Shown here piece after piece: positions 1 through 9,086 of a stretch of DNA of 64,000 nt. The translations under genes were made by a program, and so were the position numbers. The stretch spans positions 3,648,001-3,712,000 of the forward strand of contig CP170459.1 of the NCBI GenBank assembly GCA_047947115.1. The letters run 5' to 3'. The notes beneath the pieces were generated by a model, which was given only the letters and a program-made list of their open reading frames with translations, searched no databases and had not been told where the DNA came from. The stretch comes from Verrucomicrobiota bacterium. Lineage in GTDB: Bacteria; Verrucomicrobiota; Verrucomicrobiia; Limisphaerales; AAA164-E04. Position 1 is the stretch's first letter. Each line of letters starts with the position of its first letter.

Positions 1-1152
1 GCCATCATGCCTGTCCAGGACAGGGCTCGCGCCGCTTCAGTGGCAGTCGGATCCTGTGGTTGTCACGAATACCTGACCTTTTTATCGGATTGGCTGGAGG
101 ACCGGTTTGATTTGAAGGTGCCAGAACACGAATGGGATCTCGGGGGATTGCCTGATCACTTGAGGCCTCGCCTTAATATTGTGAGTCGAAAAGGCAAAAC
201 CGTTTATCAGGGGAAACAACTTCAGCAGAGCGAGAAAGCAGTCCTGGACCATCGGAAAGAATTGCAACTGGAAACATGGGAGGATGCTTGTCGAAAATGG
301 GAGCGCCACGATATCCACGGCTGGTCCTCGGGAGATATGCCTGAGCGGGTTTTGGTGGGGCGACAGGGCGATCAGCCTTTGTACGCATACCCCGGGCTGT
401 TGTCGCGGGATGGAATGATTTCGGTTCGTCTGTTTTCCTCCAGAGCGGATGCGGAAACGGCCACTCGACTGGGGTGGGTGGCTCTTTGTGAGAAGGATTT
501 TGATCGGGAATTAGGGTGGTGGCGACGTGACTTGGCTCAGTCAAAACCTCTTGAACCTGCACGCACGTATCATGTGGCAATGGGGAGTTCGGAGTGTTTT
601 GCGCAGGATGCTTATGCATGCCTTCTGGGATACTTGTTTGAGACAGACAACTATCTGCCACTCACCAGTGCCCGATACGAATCGGTTCTGAGTCAAGCGC
701 GAGCCCGGATCATGGGGCTTTGGGCTGAAGCAGTGGATTTGTTGAACCTGACGATGGAATCTTGGCATGCGTTGGCCGTGCATTCCGATCCCTACCCGGG
801 AATGAAGGGGGATTTGGCTTCATTGTTTCCTGCCAGATGGCTTGCACATGTTCCGTATGTGAAATTGCGGCATTATCCGAGGTACCTAAAAGGAATGCTG
901 GTTCGGTGTGAGCGAGCAAAGTCTAACGCGGTCAAGGACCGGGAAAAAACAGCACGATTGGCACCCTGGTTGAAGCGTTTGAACGAAGTGTATGGCCGTC
1001 TTGGGGTGGGCGATCAGCGGTGGAAGGATTGGGCGCAGCTGAGATGGATGTTGGAAGAGTACAAGGTGTCACTCTTTGCTCAGGAATTGGGCACTGCCGA
1101 GCCTGTTTCCGAGAAGCGGATGGCGGCTATTTTGGAAAAGTTGGAGGGATGA
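1..1152 (+). CDS. hrpA: ATP-dependent RNA helicase HrpA, C-terminal part (DUF3418 region); 5' end lies outside the window
   Basis: C-terminus LRWMLEEYKVSLFAQELGTAEPVSEKR and YPRYLKG match HrpA C-termini; frame is open to the window edge. Confidence 0.85.
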   Translation, partial: AIMPVQDRARAASVAVGSCGCHEYLTFLSDWLEDRFDLKVPEHEWDLGGLPDHLRPRLNIVSRKGKTVYQGKQLQQSEKAVLDHRKELQLETWEDACRKWERHDIHGWSSGDMPERVLVGRQGDQPLYAYPGLLSRDGMISVRLFSSRADAETATRLGWVALCEKDFDRELGWWRRDLAQSKPLEPARTYHVAMGSSECFAQDAYACLLGYLFETDNYLPLTSARYESVLSQARARIMGLWAEAVDLLNLTMESWHALAVHSDPYPGMKGDLASLFPARWLAHVPYVKLRHYPRYLKGMLVRCERAKSNAVKDREKTARLAPWLKRLNEVYGRLGVGDQRWKDWAQLRWMLEEYKVSLFAQELGTAEPVSEKRMAAILEKLEG

Positions 1153-1258
1153 AAATCACTCCGCAGATGCAAAACATCTGCGGAGTTTGTCTTACGATTA
1201 TATTTTAAGACTCGGGTCATCTAGTTGGTTGAGCCGAGTGGGGGGAAGCATTCAGTGA

Positions 1259-1936
1259 CTACTTCTTCTTTTTAGCGGCTTTCTTTTTGGCTGGAGCCTT
1301 CTTGGCTGCCTTTTTAGCAGGCGCTTTTTTGGCGACTTTTTTTACTGCTGCTTCTTTCTTCGCAGGAGCTTTTTTAACCGCTTTTTTGGCAGGTGCCTTT
1401 TTCGCGACCTTCTTCGCAGCTTTCTTTTTGGCGGGTGCTTTTTTGACTGCTGCCTTCTTGTTCGCCGCTTTCTTTACGACTTTTTTCTTGGCGGGTGCTT
1501 TTTTAGCCACTTTTTTTGCAACCTTCTTGGCGGGTGCTTTCTTGGCTACTTTCTTAACAGCCTTCTTCTTGGCGGGTGCTTTTTTGACAGCGGCTTTCTT
1601 GGCCGGTGCTGCCTTTTTCACCGCTTTCTTTTTAGCTGGCGCCTTCTTGGCGGCTTTCTTTTTGGTTTTCTTCATTGTTTGTTCTTTGGGTGTGTCTTTT
1701 TTGTTGGGGGGAGCCGTTTTTTCATGGATGATTTCACGCATGATATCGATTCTGCCGTCGACTTCCTTGCGTGCTCGTCCAATAGCAGATTGAGCCTTGT
1801 TGATGGTGTCGCTGAGGACATGACACCCGTCCCGCAGCCGTTTGGTGAGAGAGGCATCTTCTTTTAGCTCAATACCGCGGTCTTTTAAGAACAAATCCAA
1901 ATGACGAAAGAGATCGTCTCGCTTTATTTGTTTCAT
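1259..1936 (-). CDS. Histone H1-like Lys/Ala/Pro-rich DNA-binding protein with an N-terminal helical domain
   Basis: C-terminal ~138 aa made of repeats such as AKKAPAKKKAVKK; ATG at 1936 (MKQIKRDD) chosen as start. Confidence 0.75.
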   Translation of the reverse strand: MKQIKRDDLFRHLDLFLKDRGIELKEDASLTKRLRDGCHVLSDTINKAQSAIGRARKEVDGRIDIMREIIHEKTAPPNKKDTPKEQTMKKTKKKAAKKAPAKKKAVKKAAPAKKAAVKKAPAKKKAVKKVAKKAPAKKVAKKVAKKAPAKKKVVKKAANKKAAVKKAPAKKKAAKKVAKKAPAKKAVKKAPAKKEAAVKKVAKKAPAKKAAKKAPAKKKAAKKKK

Positions 1937-2025
1937 GATTGAATTGTAAAACGATCGTTTGCGTAATGTAACACAATTTGATGAAAATCCCAAATTGTTT
2001 TTATCCTATTGCTTGACGCCGTGTT

Positions 2026-3750
2026 TCATTGGGTGTTCGACGTCGCTTTCCATGGCCACGGCTTGACGAACGCACGATGCGCCCATGCATTCCATTTCGC
2101 TTCCAGTTCCTCAATCTTCTTCGGGTGCTCGCCGGCCAGGTCGTTCATTTCTGAACGATCCGTCGCCAAATCATATAGCTCCCAAGGACTCGATTCTCCG
2201 TTTTTCATGCTGCCTTTTCGTACCAGTTTCCAATTATCCACCCGAACGGCACAGTTGGCTTCATGTTCCCAATAGATCGCTTCGCGTTCAATGGGTTGAT
2301 TGTCGAAGGCCGGCTGCAGTGAACGACCTTCCGGTGGGTGGATGGGATCATGCCTGAATGTGACGGGGTAGCTTGCGTTTGAAACATCCAGGCAAGTTGC
2401 CATGATGTCGATCAAATGTCCGGGTTGATGCCGTAGTTCGCCTGCGGACCTGATTCGGTCCGGCCAGTGAACGATCAGCGGGGTCGATATGCCTCCTTCA
2501 TGCACCCAATGCTTGTATTCCTTGAAGGGGGTGTTGGAAACATTGGCCCAGTTGCGTCCGTATGCAATGTAAGTGTCTTCAGGTCCGGGCATGACTCCGG
2601 GGCCTCCTTGAACCGGCCGTCCGTCTCTGGTTTTCATCGGGGGCCAGAGTGTGGGTTGAAGTTCGTCCCGGTCCATGGGTGTTCGGTCTTTGATCGCTGA
2701 AACCCACTGATCATTGATGTTTTCACCACGACCAAATCCTTCCGCACACCCGCCGTTGTCTTGCAGAAACAGGATGAGTGTGTTGTCCAGCATCTCTTGT
2801 GCCTTCAGCGATGTGATGATTTTTCCAATGCCCTGATCCATGCGGTCCACCATGGCCGCATAAACTTCCATGCATTTGATTTCCCATTCCTTGTGCGAAG
2901 TGTTGTTCCAGTAACCTGCGGCGGGGCTCAGAACGGTTTCCCGGGGGATCAGTCCCATTTGCTTCATGCGTTCATAGCGGCGTAAGCGGATGAAATCATA
3001 CCCTTTGTCGTATTCTCCCTCGTACTTCCGGATGTCTTCCGGCAATGCCTGCATCGGCCAATGTGCCGCCGTGTAGGATACATACATGAAGAAGGGATCA
3101 CCTTTTCTTTCCAGGTTATGTTGATTTAGAAATTGCAGGGCATTGTCGGTGATGGCGTCGGTATAATAAAAGGTCTCGGGTTGATATTCCGGATCGTTGT
3201 CCGGAGTAATGAAAGTGTTTTGACGGCAGAGTGTGTGCGGGTCGAAGAAGCTGCCCGCTCCGATGATGGTTCCGTAGAATTTTTCAAAGCCGCGCTGCAA
3301 AGGCCAGTTGTCCTTCGGTCCTTCGGGGTGTGTATGGGTGGTGACATGCCACTTGCCACTCATGTAAGTGCGGTAACCCGACATGCCCAAGGCTTCGGCG
3401 ATCGTTACGCAATGATTGTTCAATCCGTTCTGATAACCAGGTAATCCGCGGTCGCCAAGCATGTGTCCGACGCCTGTTTGATGCGCATACAAGCCTGTTA
3501 ACAGGGAAGCACGCGTCGGACAACAGCGCGCGCCATTGTAAAATTGCGTGAAGCGAAGTCCGTTGGCCGCGAGTCGATCGAGGTTGGGAGTGTCGATCTC
3601 ACCGCCATAACACCCAATGTCTGAAAACCCCATGTCGTCCGACATGATCAGCAGAATGTTCGGTCGTTCGGCCGCTTGTGAAATGACCGCCAGTGACAGA
3701 AACGTCATGGTGCACCACCTCAAGAAACGAATGTTGGCTTTGCTTCTCAT
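2026..3750 (-). CDS. Arylsulfatase (formylglycine-dependent, S1 family), exported
   Basis: RPNILLIMSDD, CCPTRASLLTG (CxPxR) and GKWH motifs; signal-like N-terminus; start uncertain (3708-3825). Confidence 0.9.
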   Translation of the reverse strand: MRSKANIRFLRWCTMTFLSLAVISQAAERPNILLIMSDDMGFSDIGCYGGEIDTPNLDRLAANGLRFTQFYNGARCCPTRASLLTGLYAHQTGVGHMLGDRGLPGYQNGLNNHCVTIAEALGMSGYRTYMSGKWHVTTHTHPEGPKDNWPLQRGFEKFYGTIIGAGSFFDPHTLCRQNTFITPDNDPEYQPETFYYTDAITDNALQFLNQHNLERKGDPFFMYVSYTAAHWPMQALPEDIRKYEGEYDKGYDFIRLRRYERMKQMGLIPRETVLSPAAGYWNNTSHKEWEIKCMEVYAAMVDRMDQGIGKIITSLKAQEMLDNTLILFLQDNGGCAEGFGRGENINDQWVSAIKDRTPMDRDELQPTLWPPMKTRDGRPVQGGPGVMPGPEDTYIAYGRNWANVSNTPFKEYKHWVHEGGISTPLIVHWPDRIRSAGELRHQPGHLIDIMATCLDVSNASYPVTFRHDPIHPPEGRSLQPAFDNQPIEREAIYWEHEANCAVRVDNWKLVRKGSMKNGESSPWELYDLATDRSEMNDLAGEHPKKIEELEAKWNAWAHRAFVKPWPWKATSNTQ

Positions 3751-3907
3751 GAATGGAATATGGCGCAGTATGTTCCTTTTCAGGTGTTGCGTAAAGAAAG
3801 AAGTCATGTGATTGCAAATTAGCATTGCAGTTCTCCCTTTCCTGCGGCAAAAGTTCCGACCGCTTTTTGCTGAGCACTTAAATCATTTTTGAATTTGTTA
3901 ACGTCCC

Positions 3908-4573
3908 ATGGCCAAGAATCAATTGACTGAAAAAGAAGTTGTCGAACTGCTCCAATCCGTGTTGTCCAAAACCATGGAGGACTCGCATCTCGCACAAAAG
4001 ATCGTCGACAGTATCCGGAAGGAAATGGAAAGGAAGAAGCAGGCTCAAGCTTTCCAGGAATTTTGTCGCCGATGTCCGTTGCCTGATTTGAAAGATGAAA
4101 CGTTGAAAGAGGTCACCAATCGGTTTGAAGAAACCTTTGGTCGTGACTTGATTGATTTTGTGGTGAATGAAAAGGACGGCACACTGAATGTGGAACTGAA
4201 TGTGCCCAATGGGCCGCTTGTCAGCGCCATTGAGATCAATGACCTTCCTCTTAACGAGGAAGAATTGCCACCTGAGGTGAAGATCAAGTTTGTGCCGTTT
4301 CCTGTGGCATTGCCGGGGGACCCGGAACTGATATGGGTGTTTGCAAAACGTGAAACCATGACCCCGGAGGAAGCTGCCCGCGCGCTGCACGAAGCTCAGG
4401 CGGAATTCTGGGAATCAAAGAGCGGTCAGTTGCAGTTGAGGAAAGGTGCGGATCGCACCTTTCCTGAGTTTGTTCAGCGCGTGCCCGCAAAGTTCCTCTC
4501 CGAGGTGGGTTTGAAACGGCATTATAAAGATCCCGAGCCGCTCAAGGTGCTGCGCAAAGAGCCCAAGCATTGA
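3908..4573 (+). CDS. Hypothetical protein
   Basis: 221-aa ATG ORF with protein-like composition filling the gap between genes; no recognised motif. Confidence 0.7.
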   Translation: MAKNQLTEKEVVELLQSVLSKTMEDSHLAQKIVDSIRKEMERKKQAQAFQEFCRRCPLPDLKDETLKEVTNRFEETFGRDLIDFVVNEKDGTLNVELNVPNGPLVSAIEINDLPLNEEELPPEVKIKFVPFPVALPGDPELIWVFAKRETMTPEEAARALHEAQAEFWESKSGQLQLRKGADRTFPEFVQRVPAKFLSEVGLKRHYKDPEPLKVLRKEPKH

Positions 4574-4581
4574 GCCTTTGA

Positions 4582-6144
4582 TCAGGCTTGTTGCATCCAA
4601 TTCCACAGAGGTTTCAAATCCTCACGTTTGAATTCCGGGTGAACGCCCATACCGAACCCGGCGTGATTGTGGTGCCGATACAGCAGGCACAAATCGTCAT
4701 ACGCGTCGGGGAATGTTTGGCACCACTGCCGGAGTTGATCGTAAGGGGTGTCTCCAGGCTGTGTGGTCAGCTTGTGGTCGTGCACCCAGGCCTGGAAGGC
4801 TTCCATTGTGTAAACAATCAGGCGGTCATCCTTCCAGGCCTGGGATGTTCGGGATGTGAACGGGTTGGGATATTGTTTGAAGGAGACGGTTTTACTTTTG
4901 ATGCTGGAAACGCTTTGTCGACGCTTTTGATGGGGAGATTGCAGGCGTCGCAGCTTCAACCATCGAAGCCACGAAGACCACCATTCTCTGAACAACGCTC
5001 CCAGCATGGTTCTGTTTCGATAAGCGAACCAGCAGATCAAGAGGATCACCGTGGCCCAGAACAGCCATTGCAACCATGAACCTGAGATTCCTGGGGTGGA
5101 GGGTGAAGATGGAGTTGGAGTATTGGCTTCACCGTTCTTTCCGTCCGACGAGGCGCCTTCATTTCCTGGCGCAGGGGGCGAATGGTTTCCGCGCTCACCG
5201 TCCTCACCGGCCAGACTTTCCGCGATTCGGTTTCCCAGAGTCTTGCTTTCCTGACCCTCCATGCCTTCTCCTTTCCCGGAAGGATTCCATTTCATGGCCC
5301 ATTGGCTGGCTTCACCTATCTTTGCATTGATGGACTTCGAAGTGTGGGTCCACTGTTGCGTGGCTCCCGGCCTCGGGGTCAACCAGGCGATTAGGCCCAC
5401 AACCACTATCAGCCATGCTCCGGATGCGAACCACCGGATGCCCATTTGCTGCGGCATCTTCGCGCGCCGTTGTCTCAGGGTGAACCGCAAATTCAAAAAA
5501 CGTGTCGACATCAGCAACATCAAGGCTGCGGTGAGATACAATCCAAGCCAGACCCCCGAGCGGGTGTGAAGCAAGGGGACATCTTGCGGAAGCAGTACTT
5601 TGCCGATCCCGAACAACGGGATGGCACCGATGGAAAAATAAACCACCCACGCCCCGGCACGTCGCTTTTCCTCCGGGTTTTTGGCGGGTTTACTCTCTGG
5701 TTTGGGGGTGAAACCGGGGATTGCTCGTTCGAGGATGCCTCCCAACACTCGCTGGGTAGGGTCCTCTCCAAAAAAATCCTCAGATTTTGCGCAATCCTTG
5801 ACCAGGCGATGAGCGCACCACCAAATAAACGCTAATAAAAAGATCCCCAGCATGAACCCTTCATGTGTGCTCGAAATATAGAGCCAGGTTGCAAAAGCCA
5901 GTGACAAACCATAAATATTCGCGCTAAAAGCGCCTCGTTCAACGCTGATGCGGGCAACAGCCACGATTGCAATGACATACCAAAACATCATCCAGCGAAT
6001 CCCTCCGGCCATCACTCCACTGTAAAACACATCAAGAAGGAAAAAAACCAGGCTGCCCACAAGGATGGCAATGAGTAAAGGGCTCAAGGCGATCGCCAGA
6101 TAATCACCAAAAGTGGGCATTTCTTTGTGCCTTGATGCAGTCAT
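4582..6144 (-). CDS. Multi-pass membrane protein, possibly with a DUF4129-like C-terminus
   Basis: About 8 hydrophobic segments, a G/S/P-rich linker and a soluble C-terminus with a PGDTPY motif. Confidence 0.6.
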   Translation of the reverse strand: MTASRHKEMPTFGDYLAIALSPLLIAILVGSLVFFLLDVFYSGVMAGGIRWMMFWYVIAIVAVARISVERGAFSANIYGLSLAFATWLYISSTHEGFMLGIFLLAFIWWCAHRLVKDCAKSEDFFGEDPTQRVLGGILERAIPGFTPKPESKPAKNPEEKRRAGAWVVYFSIGAIPLFGIGKVLLPQDVPLLHTRSGVWLGLYLTAALMLLMSTRFLNLRFTLRQRRAKMPQQMGIRWFASGAWLIVVVGLIAWLTPRPGATQQWTHTSKSINAKIGEASQWAMKWNPSGKGEGMEGQESKTLGNRIAESLAGEDGERGNHSPPAPGNEGASSDGKNGEANTPTPSSPSTPGISGSWLQWLFWATVILLICWFAYRNRTMLGALFREWWSSWLRWLKLRRLQSPHQKRRQSVSSIKSKTVSFKQYPNPFTSRTSQAWKDDRLIVYTMEAFQAWVHDHKLTTQPGDTPYDQLRQWCQTFPDAYDDLCLLYRHHNHAGFGMGVHPEFKREDLKPLWNWMQQA

Positions 6145-6240
6145 AATCAGGATTTATCTGCAAAAAATGCCATAAACCTCTTGAAATGGAAAGAGAATGT
6201 CTTTAAAAGAGTGTCTTGCGGTGACTAAAAAAGGCAGCGA

Positions 6241-6370
6241 GGAACAAGGCGAGCTGGTAGGATGAACACCCCTGGAGGTCTTTTACACCGCACGACTAAG
6301 ATACACCAAAAGAATTACGTCAACCAGATTGCACGAGTGGTTTCTACCTACCAGCTTGCCTGATGTTTCC
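6241..6370. ncRNA. Candidate structured intergenic RNA (rod-like hairpin)
   Basis: AGGCGAGCTGGTAGG (6247-6261) pairs with CCTACCAGCTTGCCT (6347-6361); inner CTGG/CCAG and TCTTTT/AAAAGA pairings. Confidence 0.4.
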
Positions 6371-6406
6371 ACCTTATCCCCTGATCCGGCTGACGACCAG
6401 ACAAAG

Positions 6407-6426
6407 TTATTCACAAGTTATTCACA
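6407..6426 (+). promoter_or_regulatory. Two tandem DnaA-box matches (TTATTCACA x2)
   Basis: TTATTCACA at 6407-6415 and 6418-6426, matching TTATNCACA, with 11-bp periodicity. Confidence 0.5.
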
Positions 6427-6434
6427 GCTTGTTT

Positions 6435-8111
6435 TTACTTGGTCTGCTCCGAGTTTTCCGCTTCCAATGCCTGATGTAAACACTTGGTCAGATAGGGTAG
6501 AAGCTGCTTCTTACGTGAGACAATGCCCGGTAGCTCGTAGACATCATTGTCGGCAAGGTTGTATTGAATGGCTGCCATCAGTTCTGCATCCGCCGCCACC
6601 AACAAAAGCGAGGTTTGTGTTACCACATCTGTGATCAACAGTGCGGAAAAGTAATAGTGGTTCTGGTGGCGATAATCTTCAATCGCCTTGAAAAGCGTGT
6701 CCTTTTGTTCCCAGAATTGTTCGAATCCAATCTCCTCAATTTGAGCCACACTGAATGTCTTGCCTTCTTCTTCGTATTCCTTGCAGTCGTTTGTAATGGC
6801 TTGCTTGGGTGCACGATGGGTCAGGACGGATCCGGAACTGAATAGGGCGTCAGTGAATTCTGCTGCATTGAGTTCGGTCACTTGTTCCAGATATTTCAGC
6901 ATATTGGAGTCGGTTTTGGTGGCCGTGGGGGATGTCAGGTTCAGGGTGTCGGATATAATGCCTGAAAGCAGCAGTCCTGCAATGGGTTTGGGGATTTCGA
7001 TGCCGGCATTCAGATACATTTCCGATACAATCGTGCTGGTGCTTCCAACGGGGCGATTGACAAATAGAATGGGCTGCTGGGTGGTCAGGGAGCCAATACG
7101 GTGGTGGTCGATGATTTCCAGGATCTCCACCTGGTCCGCTCCTTTCACCGCTTGTGAGAGTTCATTATGATCCACCAGTATCAATTGTCGTTTGACGCGT
7201 TTGACAAAATCAGTTTTCGAAAGGATTCCGACAACCCGCTTGTGTGCATCCAATACTGGGAATGCCTGAAATTGAGAGGATATGGCTACATCGCGGATGG
7301 AGTTAAGGGATTCGTCTTCATTGAAATACAAGAAATGTTCTGTCCGGATGTGCTTTACCGACACTGCCGCCCGACACAGCATGGCCGTGGTCGCCGAGTC
7401 GTGTTCCGATACGAGGATGGACACCCCATTTGCTTCTGCAAGCGCTCGTATCCCCGGGCTGACTTTCAACCCTCCGGTGATGACCATTACTCGAATGCGC
7501 TTCTCTATGGCGTAAAGTTGTATGTCCTCACGGTCTCCGGCAATCAACAGGATTTTACTGGGATCATAACGCTCCAAGCGCTTTTCAAAGGAGTCCACGC
7601 GCATGGCCCCGATCATCAGGACAAGTTCTTCTTCCTTATCAGGTTCCTGAAGTCCCAATGAATCGGCGTGGAGCACTTCCTTCAGGTGGTTCAGGTTTGT
7701 CAAGATGCGTCGTGTGTCCTGAATGCGGCTGTGGCCAGGTAGAAAAAACTTGCTCATCTTGAACACCGAAACCAATCCATGACAGCGTCTGTCCTCATCA
7801 AGGATCGGCAAGGTTCGAATGTTGTGCTGATCCATGATTTCCAGTGCTTCAAACGCGCTGGTGTTCTCGGTCACTTCAATGACCCGATGTTGCATGACGT
7901 CCCGAACCTTGGGACGCACATCCGCCACAAAGCGTGGTGGAGCCACACCGAATTTACGGAGGACAAAGTCGATGCGATCATTGATGTCACCACAGCGGGC
8001 GGCGATGGCGTTCGTGACGCCTGTTTTTCGTTTGAAATCAGCATAGGCAATGGCTGCACAGATGCTGTCCGTGTCCGGATTGCGATGACCGATGACCAGT
8101 ATTTCGCTCAC
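6435..8111 (-). CDS. ppaC: Mn-dependent family II inorganic pyrophosphatase with CBS-DRTGG insert
   Basis: GHRNPDTDS, DHNE, DHH and SRKKQ motifs; CBS pair and DRTGG-like insert (GDRED...ITGG). Confidence 0.92.
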   Translation of the reverse strand: MSEILVIGHRNPDTDSICAAIAYADFKRKTGVTNAIAARCGDINDRIDFVLRKFGVAPPRFVADVRPKVRDVMQHRVIEVTENTSAFEALEIMDQHNIRTLPILDEDRRCHGLVSVFKMSKFFLPGHSRIQDTRRILTNLNHLKEVLHADSLGLQEPDKEEELVLMIGAMRVDSFEKRLERYDPSKILLIAGDREDIQLYAIEKRIRVMVITGGLKVSPGIRALAEANGVSILVSEHDSATTAMLCRAAVSVKHIRTEHFLYFNEDESLNSIRDVAISSQFQAFPVLDAHKRVVGILSKTDFVKRVKRQLILVDHNELSQAVKGADQVEILEIIDHHRIGSLTTQQPILFVNRPVGSTSTIVSEMYLNAGIEIPKPIAGLLLSGIISDTLNLTSPTATKTDSNMLKYLEQVTELNAAEFTDALFSSGSVLTHRAPKQAITNDCKEYEEEGKTFSVAQIEEIGFEQFWEQKDTLFKAIEDYRHQNHYYFSALLITDVVTQTSLLLVAADAELMAAIQYNLADNDVYELPGIVSRKKQLLPYLTKCLHQALEAENSEQTK

Positions 8112-8295
8112 TTTCTAAACTTCTAATTAAGGTTAATGGGATATTCCTGACTGGGGCAGCGGCAAGGCTCCCAGGTGAGATAAGTATGATTCGGATGCAA
8201 CGGGGTTGTCGATTTGTTTTGGTGATAATGTTTTTTGAATACAGGGTTTAACATCCATTGCAATCTTTCGTGCATGGATTACTATGCTTGTCAAC

Positions 8296-8853
8296 ATGAG
8301 TCAGGATTCGAAGGAAATCAAATTATCGAGAGATTGTGAAGCGGTTCAAATCCCGTCCGGGCAGAAATCTCTGCTGCCTGCAGGTTTTGAAGTTTACATT
8401 GTCCAGGAACTAGGAGGATCTTTCACTGTTCGAGCCATGAATGGCTTGTTCCGGATTGAAGGCAAACATGCGGATGCACTCGGACGGGAGGTGGATGCTT
8501 CAGGTCCAGATCGTTCTCCGGATGCCATTCAAGTCAAGGGAACCTTCGATGAAAAATATGTCTGGGAAGCCTTGAGAGCTTGTTTTGATCCCGAAATCCC
8601 GGTCAACATTGTGGATTTGGGTTTGATATACGACTTGAAATCAGAGGAAGTGGTTGATGGGATGTTCCGGGTGCAGGTGAAAATGACCCTGACGGCGCCT
8701 GGGTGTGGCATGGGGCAGGTGATTGCCAATGACGCACAGGACAATATTCTCAAAGTGCCTGGAGTGGCGGATGCCATTGTTGAAATCGTTTGGGACCCGC
8801 CCTGGCACCAATCCATGATTACTCCGGAGGGGCGCAAGGTTTTGGGGCTTTAG
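8296..8853 (+). CDS. sufT: Fe-S cluster assembly protein SufT (DUF59)
   Basis: DPEIPVNIVDLGLIY, MTLTAPGCGMG and VWDPPW motifs; N-terminal RDCEAVQIP extension. Confidence 0.88.
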   Translation: MSQDSKEIKLSRDCEAVQIPSGQKSLLPAGFEVYIVQELGGSFTVRAMNGLFRIEGKHADALGREVDASGPDRSPDAIQVKGTFDEKYVWEALRACFDPEIPVNIVDLGLIYDLKSEEVVDGMFRVQVKMTLTAPGCGMGQVIANDAQDNILKVPGVADAIVEIVWDPPWHQSMITPEGRKVLGL

Positions 8854-9086
8854 TTTGGAAAAAACTTTTCAAGGGAACCTGGCACCGGTAGGTTTCACGT
8901 TGCTAGGCTTAGAGCGCGTTCGTGTGAGGGGCCTTAGGAAGGCTTTCCCCGCGTTTATGGAGAGGCCGTTCCTTTCAATCACCCCGGAAAGGGGGCGGTT
9001 GGGAGGTGTCTTTGGATCGCCCCGTGAGCAGGATTCGATTCCGCTTTGTTCCTAGAAGAAAATCCTTATTTGAAAAACGAGAATAC

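Noticed and set aside
1287..1793. 168-aa hydrophobic F/A/L-rich ORF on the + strand
   Set aside because: Antisense shadow of the Lys/Ala repeat gene.
6241..6370. Retron msr-msd interpretation of the inverted repeat
   Set aside because: No reverse transcriptase gene in the window.
9027..9045. TTCGATT T-loop-like hairpin as part of a tRNA or tmRNA
   Set aside because: No acceptor stem, anticodon arm or CCA end.
8855..9055. 66-aa ORF as a leucine attenuator leader peptide
   Set aside because: TTG start, too long, only a loose LLGL cluster, and no U-tailed attenuator hairpin.
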